Of a DNA stretch of 64,000 nucleotides, positions 53,117-64,000 are shown piece by piece. The notes under the pieces are model-generated. The model ran no database searches. It saw only the letters and a list, made by a program, of their open reading frames with translations, and was not told where the DNA came from. Location of the stretch: NCBI GenBank assembly GCA_963771175.1, contig CAVYSY010000030.1, forward strand, positions 1 through 64,000, written 5' to 3'. Every line of letters starts with the position of its first letter. The first letter of the stretch is position 1. Origin of the DNA: an uncultured delta proteobacterium. Lineage in GTDB: Bacteria; Myxococcota; Myxococcia; Myxococcales; Myxococcaceae. A program made the translations under genes and the position numbers.

Positions 53117-53962
53117 TTGACCCCCTTCCTCTTCACCGTCGTGGTCTTCGTCGTGTCCCTCGGGGCGGGGCTGATGGGCTCGCTCCTGGGGCTCGGCGGT
53201 GGGCTCATCCTCGTGCCGGTGCTCACCCTGGTGCTCGGGGTGGACATCCGCTACGCGGTGGGGGCCTCCATCGTCTCCGTCATCGCCACCTCCAGCGGCG
53301 CGGCGGCGGCCTACGTGCGCGAGCGCCTCACCAACCTGCGCGTGGCCATGTTCCTCGAGCTGGCCACCACCGCCGGGGCGCTCACGGGGGCCTCGCTCGC
53401 GGGCTTCATCCGTGGCCGCTGGCTGTACCTCGTCTTCGGCATGGTGATGGCGTACTCGGCGCTCGTCATGCTCCGCAAGCTGCGCGGGGGCTCGTCCGCG
53501 GAGGGGGAGCCTCCCTCCGACGCGCTCGCCGACCGCCTGGGGCTGCATGGCAGCTATTGGGACGAGGAGACCGGGCGCGAGGTGCCCTACCGCGTCACCC
53601 GCCCGCTGACGGGCCTGGGCCTCATGTACGGGGCGGGCATGGTCAGCGGGCTGCTGGGCATCGGCTCGGGGGCGCTGAAGGTGCCGGCGATGGACCTCGC
53701 CATGGGCCTGCCCCTCAAGGTGTCCACCGCCACCAGCAACTTCATGATCGGCGTCACCGCCGCGGCCAGCGCGGGCGTCTACTTCGCGCGGGGCGACATC
53801 GACCCGTTCATCGCCGGCCCCGTCTGCGCCGGTGTGGTGCTGGGGGCCTTCGCCGGCTCGCGCTACCTGACGAAGGTGAAGGCCTGGTGGCTGCGCGCGC
53901 TCTTCGTGACGGTGCTGCTGTGGGTGGCCTTCCAGATGCTGCGCAAGGGAGTGAGCCCGTGA
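53117..53962 (+). CDS. TauE/SafE (TSUP) family sulfite exporter
   Basis: GSLLGLGGG..VP, SGLLGIGSG..KVP, STATSNFMIGVT. Confidence 0.9.
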   Translation: MTPFLFTVVVFVVSLGAGLMGSLLGLGGGLILVPVLTLVLGVDIRYAVGASIVSVIATSSGAAAAYVRERLTNLRVAMFLELATTAGALTGASLAGFIRGRWLYLVFGMVMAYSALVMLRKLRGGSSAEGEPPSDALADRLGLHGSYWDEETGREVPYRVTRPLTGLGLMYGAGMVSGLLGIGSGALKVPAMDLAMGLPLKVSTATSNFMIGVTAAASAGVYFARGDIDPFIAGPVCAGVVLGAFAGSRYLTKVKAWWLRALFVTVLLWVAFQMLRKGVSP

Positions 53963-54393
53963 GCGTGGAACCCGCCCGTTCCTCCACCCAGGTCGCCACG
54001 GAGGCGCTGGAGCAGGGCGCCGCCAGCCCGGAGCTGCTCATCAGCAACCTGCTGCGCTCCGGCGTCGTGCTCAGCCTCACGCTGGTGACGTTCGGCATGT
54101 CGCTGACCTTCTTCCACCACCCCGACTACTTCTCCTCGGAGCAGGCGCTCCAGCGACTCACCGCCCCGGAGCGCGGGCCGCATGACCTGTCGGACGTGCT
54201 GGCGGACGTGATGAACGCCCGGGGACAGGCCTTCGTGATGGTGGGGCTGCTCGTGCTGATGGCCACGCCGGTGTTGCGCGTGGCCCTCTCGCTGCTCGTC
54301 TTCAGCCGGCAGCGCGACCGGGCCTTCGTCACGGTGACGTCCGTGGTCCTCGGCCTGCTGCTGCTGTCCTTCCTGCTGGGCGGCGTGGAGTAG
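53959..54393 (+). CDS. DUF1634 family membrane protein
   Basis: ISNLLRSGV..GLLVLMATPVLRV..D..F; usual TSUP partner. Confidence 0.85.
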   Translation: MSVEPARSSTQVATEALEQGAASPELLISNLLRSGVVLSLTLVTFGMSLTFFHHPDYFSSEQALQRLTAPERGPHDLSDVLADVMNARGQAFVMVGLLVLMATPVLRVALSLLVFSRQRDRAFVTVTSVVLGLLLLSFLLGGVE

Positions 54394-54397
54394 GGCG

Positions 54398-57300
54398 TCA
54401 GTAGTCCTTGCTCCAGATGACGTCCGCGCCACCCTGCTCGGCGTCGCCATACTCCCCTTCGACGCTCCAGCGAGGGCTGAACTGGTACTCCAGCCGCACG
54501 GCGTTGTTGTTCTCCCGCCGGGTGGTGGACTGGTTCTGCGGGGTGCCGAGGCGGCCCCGGTAGCCCAGGTACAGGTCGTCCGTGAGGTACTTGCCCACCT
54601 CCAGCCGAGCGCCCGTGAGGCCCTCCTCGCCGGCCTCGATGGAGAGCACGTCCAGTGGCAGCTTCGCCGCCAGCGCCTTGCGCGCCTGCGAGGCCAGCAC
54701 CGAGCCCAGTACCGAGGCCACCTGCCCCTGGTCCATCGACGCGCCCGAGCCCACCTTCAGCGTGCGCCGGCCCGTGGCCAGCAGCGTGTAGATTTCCGTC
54801 TCCGGCAACGGCGGCTCGCTGGTGGACTTGATGGTGAACTCCTTGCCCTGCCCGCGGACGTTGACGAACACCTTCACCCCGGCACGCTCGTTGTTGTACT
54901 CGGCGGTGGCGTTGATGTACGGCGTGAGCGCCGGGCCGGTGAAGCGGAGCTGGCTGGAGTTCTGCACCGTGAAGCGCCGGCCCATCACCTCCACCTCGCC
55001 GCGCAGCACGCGCACCTCGCCGTAGATGGAGGTGGTGTCCGCGTACTCGATGCGCAAGTTCTCCGACAGGCCGAGCTCCGCGTTGACGTCCGTGCCGTGA
55101 ATCCAGATGTTCTTCGGGGCATTCACGTTCACCCAGTACTTGAGCTGCGCCTCCGCCTCCTCCTCGGCCGAGCCGGCGCCGCCCTGGGCCGTGCCCGTGG
55201 CGGGCGCACCCTTCTTGCGCTTGCGCTTCTCCAACGGCACCCCGTTGCGCACCAGGACGATGCCCTCGGGCCTGTCCAGCGCCTGGACGTCCTTGCGCCT
55301 GGCCTCGGGCAGGGTGATGTGGGCCTCGGGGATGGTCACGTTGCGCAGGTTGACGAGCTCGTTGGACACCTCGCCCTCGATGTTGGTGCGCAGGGTGAGC
55401 TCGGCCAGGAGCTGGTCGTCGATGACAAGCGGGAAGTCCTTCAGCTCCCCCTGGCCGGTGAGGGCGAATTGGCCGGACCTGGTGCGGTTGGCCTGGGCGG
55501 TGAGACTCAGGGTGCCGCGGCCGCTGCGAGCGGAGAGCTCGGAGAGCTTCATGCTCTCGTTGTCGACGTCGAGCGCCACCTGGATGTCCCGGTACTCGCC
55601 GTAGCTCTCCAGGGCGAGCTGGCCGTCCTTCCAGTGGATGTTGCCGCGGAAGATGGGGTCGCCGACGGTTCCCGTCAGGTGCGCGTCCGCCTGCAGCATG
55701 CCGCCGAGGGTGCGCACCATGGGGAGCTGCGAGCCGGACAGGAAGGACAGGTCGAACTGCCGCGCGTCCAGGTCCACCTCCAGGGGCGCGCGGTCGAAGG
55801 ACACGCCCTGCCGCAGCGTGGGCAGGGACAGCTCCTGCGTCGCCTGGCCCCGCACCAGCAGCGTGCCGCCGTTGGGCGAGGTGAGGAGCGCGTCCAGCAC
55901 GGAGCGGGCTTCATCGTAGGTGTAGTGGAAGCGCGCCTGGCCGAGAGCGAACTGACGGACGCCGAGCTGCTGCAGGCCGGCGGTGAGCTCCAGCTCGGGG
56001 TCGTTCAGCGTGCCACGCGCGGCCAGCTCCAGCGAGATGGCGCCCTGGACGAGCTGCTGGGGCGTGCCGGTGGTCGGCGGCGGAACGGCCATGGCCTGCA
56101 GCTCGCTCATGGGAATGGGGCCGCCGCGGGCCTTGAGCGTGAAGGGCACGTGCCCCACCACCTCCTGGTCCTGCAGCGCGGCGATGGGCGCGTCGACGGT
56201 GGCGTCCAGGTCCACCAGCAGCGTGTTCTCGCGCCGTACGGTGAGCTGGAGCTTCACATCCGAGGCGCTCGTGAGCAGGGCGAGGTTGCCGTCGAGAGGC
56301 TCGAGGCCATCCACCGTCGCCCGCCGGGCGTCCACCTTCAGCTCGCCCACGGGGGCCAGCAGCGGGCCGGTGAGGTTGGCCGCCAGCGACACCATGCCGC
56401 TCGGCCCGGTTGGCCAGACCGAGCTGAGACAGCAGGCCCAGGGGCGCCTCCGTCACGCGCGCCTCCATGTTGCGCATGGGCGTCTCCATCACCTGCGCCG
56501 CCGTGGGCGGGTTCGACAGGAGCTGGCCCAGGGTGAAGGGCGTCTCGAGCGCGGCGTAGGCCTCCGAGCCGATGCCCTGGAGGTCCAGGCGCGCGCTGAG
56601 CCAGCCGTCCTTCTCGTCGGAGCGGGCGGTGAGCTCGATGCCGAGGGGTTGGGCGCGCAGCTCCGGAGGGAGCGCGCCGGGGGCGAGCACCACCGGGGGC
56701 GGCTGCTGGGGAGGGACGCCCCAGTAGCGGAGCTGCGAGCCCTTCAAGGAGAGCGCCAGGCGCGGGTCGTTCGCCATTCCCTGCAACTTCATGCTGCCGG
56801 AGAGGATGCCGGTGGCGGACTCCGGCTGGCCGGCCATGCGCAGCGCGGGGCCGATGTCCACGCGGTCCATCGTCACCGTCAGGGACACGGGCTCGCGGCG
56901 GCGCTTCATCAGCCCCTGCACCGGCACGTCGAAGTCGGCGGCGACGCGGCCGGCGGGAGCGTTCGCGGCGAAGGTGCCGGTGGCGCGGTCTCGCACGTAG
57001 CGGCCCTGGAGGTCGAAATCCAGCTCCGCGTACTGCTGGTAGCGCCCACCCCGCAGGGTGAGGTTCACCTGGGCATCCGGTCGGGGCAGGCGCCCGCTCA
57101 CCGCCACGGTGCCGGCGAGCTGTCCGTCCAGTTGCAGCGACGGGGGCAGGAAGGCCTTCGGCAGCATTCCGAGGTCGAAGGCCCGCAGCTCCGTGGCCGC
57201 GTCGAGGCGCTCGCCCACCTTCAGCAGAGACAGCGAGAGGCGCTGGGGCCCCGAGGTGAGAGTCAGAGGCGCATGGGGCGTCGCCACCGCCACGCGGCCG

Positions 57301-59081
57301 TTGCTCCAGCCCACGTGCGTGGGGTCCTGGAGCGTCCAGCCTGCCTCGGGGTAGCGCAGGGTGAGGGCGTCGAGCTCGAGGCCCTGGCGGTCCTTGTCCA
57401 CGGTGCCCCGCAGCGAGACGAGGAGATTCGTCGCGCCCCCGGTGCTCACGGTGGCCTCCAGCGCCCGGCCCTGGGTGGCGAGCGAGGCGTGGAGGTCCTC
57501 GAAGGTGCGGCCGCCAGTGGTCAGCGTGGTGGCCTTCAGCGTGGCGTTCGTGGTGAGGGGATGGGTGACGTCCGGCACGCGGGCGTCCAGCGTGAGGCCC
57601 TGCACGGCCGTGTCCGCCCAGGCGAGCGCCTCGAAGCCGCCCGAGGCGGTGACGGCGGGCTGGCGGGCGGGGCCGGAGACGGTGAAGTCCAGGGCGCCGT
57701 GGCCCGAGAGGGGCAGGGGCTTGCCGTCACCCAGTCGGCCCACGGTGTTGGCGAAGGTGTCCAGGTCGGAGGCGACGAGCCGGCCCTCGAGCCGGAGGTC
57801 CTTCAGCGTGCCTCCGCCGCTCGCGGTGAGGCTGGCACCGGGGGCCTGGGCCTGGAGCTGGGAGAGAGTGAAGGTGCCGTTCTTCGCGCTCGCGTGCAGC
57901 TCCACCGGCCCGAGCGGCCGGCCGGCGATGCGCGAGGGCGGCACGGTGAGGTCCACCGTTCCATCGAGCGTCTCCAGGCTCTTGCCGCCGCCGGTGACGC
58001 GCAGGTCCGCCCCGAGCTTGGAGCTCGGCCCGCCGCCCAGCAGCTTCGCGAGGTCCAGCTCGCGCACGCGGGCGGTGAGGCCGTCCGTGCGGAGCCGCGC
58101 CATGTCGAGAGAGCCCTCCACCTCGGCGGTCCCCCCGGCGGCCTGGCCGTCCAGGTCCACCCGGAGCGTGTCCCCCGCCTGGGCCACGGTGCCTGAGAGG
58201 GTGACGGGAGCGGTCACGGGGTACGAGGGCAGGAAGGCGCGTGCCGTCTCCGGCGCGAGGGTGAGCTGCTTCACCTCGGCGCGGGCCTGCTTCTCGCCCT
58301 CCAGCCCGCCCTTCGCCTGGAGGGTGAGCCCCGGGGCGGTGAGGTCCACGTCCGCGTTCAGCTTGCCGTCCTCGCCCTGGCCCTGGAGGGAGAGGCGTAC
58401 CGGGCCCGCGAGGGGACGGGCGAGGCTGGCGGTGGCATCGAGCTTCACCTCGAGCGCCTCGGTGGCCGCCGCCCAGGAGGCCGCGCCGTTGGCATCGAGG
58501 TCGTCGAGGCGTACCTCGCGCGTGCCCTCGGGTGCTTGCACCGTGTAGTCGACGGAGCCGTCCTCCAGGTGGACGTCCTTCAGGGTGAGGCGCAGGGTGC
58601 CGCGCGGCGCGTTGGGCGGCTCCTCCGGCTTGGGCTCCCGGGGGGCGATCGCGCGCGAGAGGTTGAGGCCACGCTCGTCCTGGCGCAGGTAGAGGTGGGG
58701 CTGCTCCACGCGCGCGGAGCGGAGGACGATGTGCTTGCGCAGCAGGGGGGCGAGCGCCAGTCGCGCCTCCACCCGGTCCACCTCCGCCACCAGTTCGCCC
58801 TCGGGGTCGTACAGCTTCACCCCGGTGAGGACGAGGGAGTTCAGGCCCAGCTCGAGCCCCCCTACCTCCAGGCGGCCGGAGAGCTGGGTGTTCGCCTGCT
58901 CGACAACCAGGGCGCGCACGCGCACTTCGCCCGCCGGCGAGGTCAGGTAGAGGAGCGCACCGACGACGAGCACCAGCACGAGTCCGAGGACACCGAGCAG
59001 GCTCCACAGGAGCCACCGCCCCCGGCGCCGCGGGGGCGGAGCGGAAGGGCTCTCAGGACCGGGGCCGTTGCCGCTGCTCAA
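54398..59081 (-). CDS. tamB: Translocation/assembly module TamB (frameshift near 56400)
   Basis: N-terminal anchor, long beta-taenia region, C-terminal LEVGKYLTDDLYLGY..GGADVIWSKDY. Confidence 0.85.
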
Positions 59082-61316
59082 AACGCCTCTCCAATCGACA
59101 GGAAGAAGGTGCAGAGACCTTCCGGGGCCCCCGCGTATTCCTTGCCCACGAATCTACCCGTGACGGGGTCCTTCTCCTCCGTTCCGCCCAGGCCGAAGCA
59201 GTCCCCCAGTCCGCCGACGGTGGTGGCTCCTCCGGTGGTTGGGTCGAAGATGGGCAGGGGCCGACCGACGTTCAACCGTCGGGCGAGATCCAATCGCAGG
59301 GGCCCGACGATGGTGAGGTAGCGCACACCGATGCCCACCGCCTGGTAGTGGTAGTCCCCGAAGACACGGCTGCTCTCCTCGCGGACGTCGTCCCGGCGGG
59401 AGCCGAAGTTCAGCGGACCGGCGCCAGCGAGGCCGGAGTCGTGGAAGGCGACGAGCACCAGATCCCCGAACAGCTTGTAGCGCAGCTCCACGGTCGTCTC
59501 GAGGAGGCTGTTACCGCCGATGGGGACGACCCGATCCGGGGGCTGCTCCGCGTCCGGGTTGCTGATGTTCATGGGGGAGAGCCGCTGGCTGTTGAAGCCG
59601 CGCATGGAGGAGCCGCCGCCCGCGAAGAAGCGGTTGACGATGGCGCTCTCCTCGCGGATGCGCTCGCCCGTCTCGTTGGTGGTGATGGGGGTGAGGAGCG
59701 TGCCCATCCGCAGCCGCGCCGCGAGGGTGATGCGATCCTTCGCGCCGAACGTCTGGTAGACGCGCATGTCCGGCAGCACGCGCAGGAAGGTGAAGTCTCC
59801 CTGGAGCGGCCCACCGCCCTCCTGCAGCGACAGCGTGGCGTAGTAGCCGCGGCTCGGTGCGATGGGATCATTGCGCCGGTCCCACTCGGCCACCTGCTCC
59901 AGGTAGCTCACCGAGATGTTGCAGGTGTCCTCCAGGCTCGTGCCCGCGGGGCAACCCAACACGAGGGTGGGCACGGTCGTCTGGTCCTCCAACCCCCGCT
60001 GTCCTTGGAGCCGGTAGAGCTCCAGGTTGTAGGTGGAGAAGAGGGACAGGTACGGCTGCGGTCGCCAGACGACGCCGCCCCGTGCTCGCCCGCCAATGTA
60101 ATTGTACGCCTGCTCCAGCCCGCGCTCCGCGACGAGGGAGGCCTGCAGGCTCAGGTCCCGAGCGAGGAATCGGGGTTGCTCGAATTGGATGGAGAGCTGG
60201 CCCAGGGGGCCATGGGGCGTGCTGAGGTTGGGCTCGTCTCCCTGGCCATCTCCATTCGTATCGATTTTGTCGAAGGCGGCGGTGATGTTGGGGATGAAGG
60301 CGTAGCCCACCCGGCCGCTCACGGTGAGCCGGCGCAGACCGCCAAAGAAGTTGCGGTTCGTCCACTCGCCCAGCACGCGGATTTCCTGTCGGGCCGCGTC
60401 CACGCCGATGCCGCCACCCAGACGGATGGAGCGGAAGGGCGCCTCGCGCACGTCCACCACCACCGGCACCGTGAGGTTCTCCCGGTCTGGCGAGCCGCGG
60501 TTGACCTTCACCGCGCCGAAGACGCCCATGCGGAAGACGCGCGACTGCGCCTCGGCCAGGGCCGACTCGCTGTACCAGTCACCCTTGCGCACCGCGCCCT
60601 TGGTCTGCTCGATGATGCGCTTGGGCGCCACCTGCGGGTTGGCGTCCGTGGCCACGAAGATATTGCCGAAGCGGTAGCGCGGGCCCGGTGTCACCTGCAG
60701 GTCCACCTGGGCTCCCCGCGTGACCAGGTCCACCCGGACCTCGCCGCCCACCTCCGCCTCGGCGTAGCCCAGCTCGCGCAGTCGCTGCCGCACCGTCTCC
60801 TGTCGTCGACTCCCAGTCCGCCTCGCGGAACACCTTCCCCTGCACCAGCGGCAGCTCCGTCAGCGCCTTCTCGCGGTGCTCCGGTGGCAGCTCCTCCATC
60901 CCCGTCACGTTGAGGGCGATGACATGGGTGGGCGCCCCCTCGCGCACCTTCACCTCCAGCGCGACGGCGTCCTCTCCCTCGGGCCGCACGTTCTCGGAGA
61001 CGACCTCGGCCTGGTAGAAGCCCTGCGACTGGTAGTAGCGCTCGATGCGCCGTAGGTCCGCCTGCCACGCATTGGCGTCGAAGTAGTTCGGCGGGACGAA
61101 GGGGTTGAGCGGCTCCCACCAGGGCGTCTCGCTGGTGACGATCTTCTCCTTGATGTCGGAGGCTCTGACCTGGTCGGTGCCCTCGATGTCGAGGTCCACC
61201 ACCTTGGGCTGGTCCGGCTGCCGGGCGGCGCCCGAGGAGGTCGCGCACCCGGCCGCGAGGGCGAGGAGGACGAGGACGGGGAGGTATTGGTGGCGATGTG
61301 AGTCGGCGACGTCCAC
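59078..61316 (-). CDS. tamA: BamA/TamA family outer-membrane lipoprotein (frameshift near 60800)
   Basis: Lipobox LAAGC, POTRA repeats, FFAGGGSSMRGF, GPLRLDLA, terminal IGEAF. Confidence 0.85.
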
Positions 61317-61484
61317 GGTGGGTTCATAACCTGGACGTCACCCTGTTGACTCGCAAGGTGTGCGGGGTCTCGTGCAGCGGACACTGGACACGCCTCGGAC
61401 GCGCGCTCTGTCTGGTGGCACGCGGTGAAGAGCCCTTGGAGCGTGCATCACGGGCCCGTCTGCTCCACAGTGGCGCCGTATGCC

Positions 61485-61802
61485 ATGGCGAAACAGAGGA
61501 CTCCTGGGCGCGGCGGCACTGGTGGCACTCAGCGCGTGCGGCGTGACCGAGGGCGAGGCGGTGCGGCTCAAGGAAGGCGCGAAGCTGTTCCCCGAGGATA
61601 TGCCGGAGCAGTACAGGTATTGCTCCACCCTGGGCTGCGCCTTTGAGGGACAGGCCTGCCTGGAGGTGTTCTTCGAATACGGTCGTTCCCCCGCGCTGTG
61701 CCTCTTCCTGGACGTGTGCGACAAGCTCGATTGCGAGAAGGAGGGGGGCGCTGCGCCATCTTCGATGGCTTCCCCGGCCAGGTGAAGTGCATCCGCGACT
61801 AG
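61485..61802 (+). CDS. Small Cys-rich lipoprotein (two apparent indels)
   Basis: Lipobox LSAC; C-terminus CAIFDGFPGQVKCIRD lies in another frame. Confidence 0.6.
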
Positions 61803-61833
61803 GGCGTGGGGCCCATGCGCGGGGCCCTCGTGC

Positions 61834-62232
61834 TCAGGGCGTGCCCGCGTCGGGGCTGGTGGTCTCCTCGCAGGCGTAGACGGCGTCCCAGGCCTCGCGG
61901 CACGTGTCGAACTGGGTGAGGGTGCGCCCGCCGCCCTCCTTGGGGACACAGAACCAGGAGTGGTCCGCGCCGCAGCCATAGGCCTGCACCAGGTTCGTGC
62001 GGCAGGCCTCCTGGGCGGCGTCGATGTCCCGCTCACAGGTGCGGACGCAGTCGTCCCAGTAGTGGTCGTCGGACGCCTCGCAGGAGGACGCCCCCTGGGT
62101 GGGGACGGCCTGGATTTGCCCGTAACAGTAGCGCTGGCAGAGCCGCAGCTCGGAGGTGGGCTGCTCCAGGCAGGCGCTTCCCAGGGCCGCGAGGCCCGCC
62201 GTCAGCAGAGGCGCGAGGAGGCGAGTCTTCAT
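61834..62232 (-). CDS. Small Cys-rich lipoprotein
   Basis: Lipobox LGSAC, multiple Cys. Confidence 0.7.
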   Translation of the reverse strand: MKTRLLAPLLTAGLAALGSACLEQPTSELRLCQRYCYGQIQAVPTQGASSCEASDDHYWDDCVRTCERDIDAAQEACRTNLVQAYGCGADHSWFCVPKEGGGRTLTQFDTCREAWDAVYACEETTSPDAGTP

Positions 62233-62297
62233 GGCAGGTCCCTGGGTAGCGAGGCACCGGGCGCCCGCGGGGGCGGCCCGGGCTGGCGGAGTGGGCT

Positions 62298-63849
62298 TTA
62301 GCGACGGGCCGAGGCGGTGAGGAGGCCGAGCCGCTCGGCCGCCGAGCGCGTCTCCGGGGTGGTGAGGAGGTCCTCCACGTCCTGGGCGATGCGGTAGGCC
62401 CAGTTGGTGTCACTCATGGTGCCCGGCAGGTTGATGCGGTCGCGCGTGCCGAGCACGTCCTGCCAGGGCAGCACGCACAGGTCGCTGCCCGCGTTGAGCG
62501 CGGAGGCCAGCATGGCGCGGTGCACCTCGGGGGTGAACTCGCGCGTGGCCGCGACGCCCTGGAACTCGGGGTAGACGCGCGCGGTGCCCAGGCGCTCCTC
62601 CTCGGAGGCCGCCTCCCACCACTCGGCCACCGTCTCGGTGTCGTGGGTGCCGGTGGTGACGAGCGACACGGCGGGGAACTGGTGCGGGTCGCGGTAGTGG
62701 CTGTCGTCGCGCTCCCAGCGCATCACCCGGTAGCCCGGCAGCCCCAGGTCCTTGAGGATGGTCGCGGACGAAGGGGGGAATGACGCCCAGGTCCTCGGCG
62801 ACGATGCCCGCGTCCTCCGACAGCAGGCGGAAGTGCCGCTCGCCGAGCGCTCTTCCACGGCCTCCTCGGTGTCGGGGATGAAGCGGCCGGTGGGCGTCTT
62901 CTCGTCGCGAATCCACTGGCGGAAGTAGCCCACCGCGTGGTCCACCCGGCGCAGGTCGTAGTAGCTGGCCGCCTTGGTGGCGCGCGACTTGAGCCAGCCG
63001 TAGTCGTCCTTCTCCATCTGCTCGAAGTCGAAGTAGGGCAGGCCCCAGTCCTGGCCCGTGGCGGAGAAGTCGTCCGGCGGCACGCCCAGGCGCGCGTCGC
63101 GCCGCAGCACGTCCCGGTGCGCCCACACGTCCGCGCTGTCCTGGCCGATGATGAAGGGCTCGTCGCCGCACAGGAGGATGCCGCGCGCCTTGGCCAGCGC
63201 GCGCACCGCGTTCCACTGCACCTCGGCCACCCACTGCAGCCAGGCGTGGTAGCGCACCTCGCGCTCCAGCCGCGCCGCCTCGGCGCCCAGCGCGTCCGGG
63301 TGCCGGTTGCGCAGCGGCTCCGGCCACTCCCACCAGGCGCTGCTGGTTCCGCTCGTGGGAGATGGCGGTGTAGAGCGCGTAGCTCTCCAGCCACTCGCCC
63401 TGCTGCTGGCGCCACGTCATGAACTCCTGGGCGCGCGGGCTGTGGGGCCACTCGGTGCGCTCGAAGTGCTCGAAGCAGCGCCGGAAGGCGGCGTCCTTGA
63501 GGCGGAAGACGAGGTCGTAGCGGACGCGGGGCGCGGCGCGCGCCTCGTCCAGCATGCGCTTGTCCTCGTCGGAGAGCGCCGCCTCGCCGCCGGTGGCGTG
63601 GAACTCGGGCAGCATCTCCAGGTCGATGAAGAGCGCGTTGAGGCCGAACGCCGAGCGCGTGGAGTAGGGGCTGGGGTCTCCCGGGGCCGTGGGCAGCAGC
63701 GGCAGCAGCATCAGCAGCCGCTGGCGCGCCGCCTCCATCCAGTGGAAGAGGCCATCGAGCCCGCCGAAGTCGCCGATACCGAAGTCGGTCTTCGAGCGGA
63801 GGGAGAAGAGCGGAAGGAGGAGACCGGAGATGCGGCCGGTGGAAGCCAT
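62298..63849 (-). CDS. malQ: 4-alpha-glucanotransferase (amylomaltase, GH77); several frameshifts
   Basis: GIGDFG, SPYS..SAF.LN, GVPPDDFSATGQDWGLP, RVDH..G, AEDLG, TGTHD, INLPGT..NW. Confidence 0.92.
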
Positions 63850-64000
63850 GGTGGGCGCACAATGCACCACGTCCCCGCGCCTGTGAACTGTCCTGGCGCG
63901 CAGACGGGGGATTCCGTGCAGGCTTGCTTCCCGGGGGAGCGCCGGGCCCCGGGCGCCACCCCGGGCATTGACGGAGGGACGGGCCGGCGGCATCCGTTCC

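Overview
GC-rich, myxobacterium-like DNA (Archangium/Cystobacter-type gene families; taxonomy inferred from gene content). 1-6.4 kb: end of a tightly coupled operon encoding a FliG-like protein with no flagellar genes nearby, a lipoprotein, a probable beta-barrel, a secreted helical protein and a TonB/AgmX-like protein. 6.4-30.6 kb: accessory mosaic of intact cargo genes and gene fragments. From 6.4 to 18.7 kb it is punctuated by same-orientation IS91-like transposase tails and ends (...TCTTATGC). From 18.5 to 25.4 kb it is punctuated by GGTGTCA...TGACACC hairpin repeats that border small genes (GFA, GNAT, toxin-antitoxin). It ends in an IS21/IS630/IS1182 cluster. 30.7-40.2 kb: a BatA-vWA gene pair separated by an antisense three-gene operon (Fe/2OG oxygenase, A-PCP-reductase NRPS-like enzyme, NadR-like nucleotidyltransferase/kinase). 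40-64 kb: mostly ordinary genes (S8 protease, P450, mgtE, sigma54 two-component system, octaheme cytochrome c, TSUP, tamAB, malQ). Many single-base frameshifts, including in housekeeping genes, suggest sequencing indels. All family assignments come from motif recognition by eye; no database search was run.
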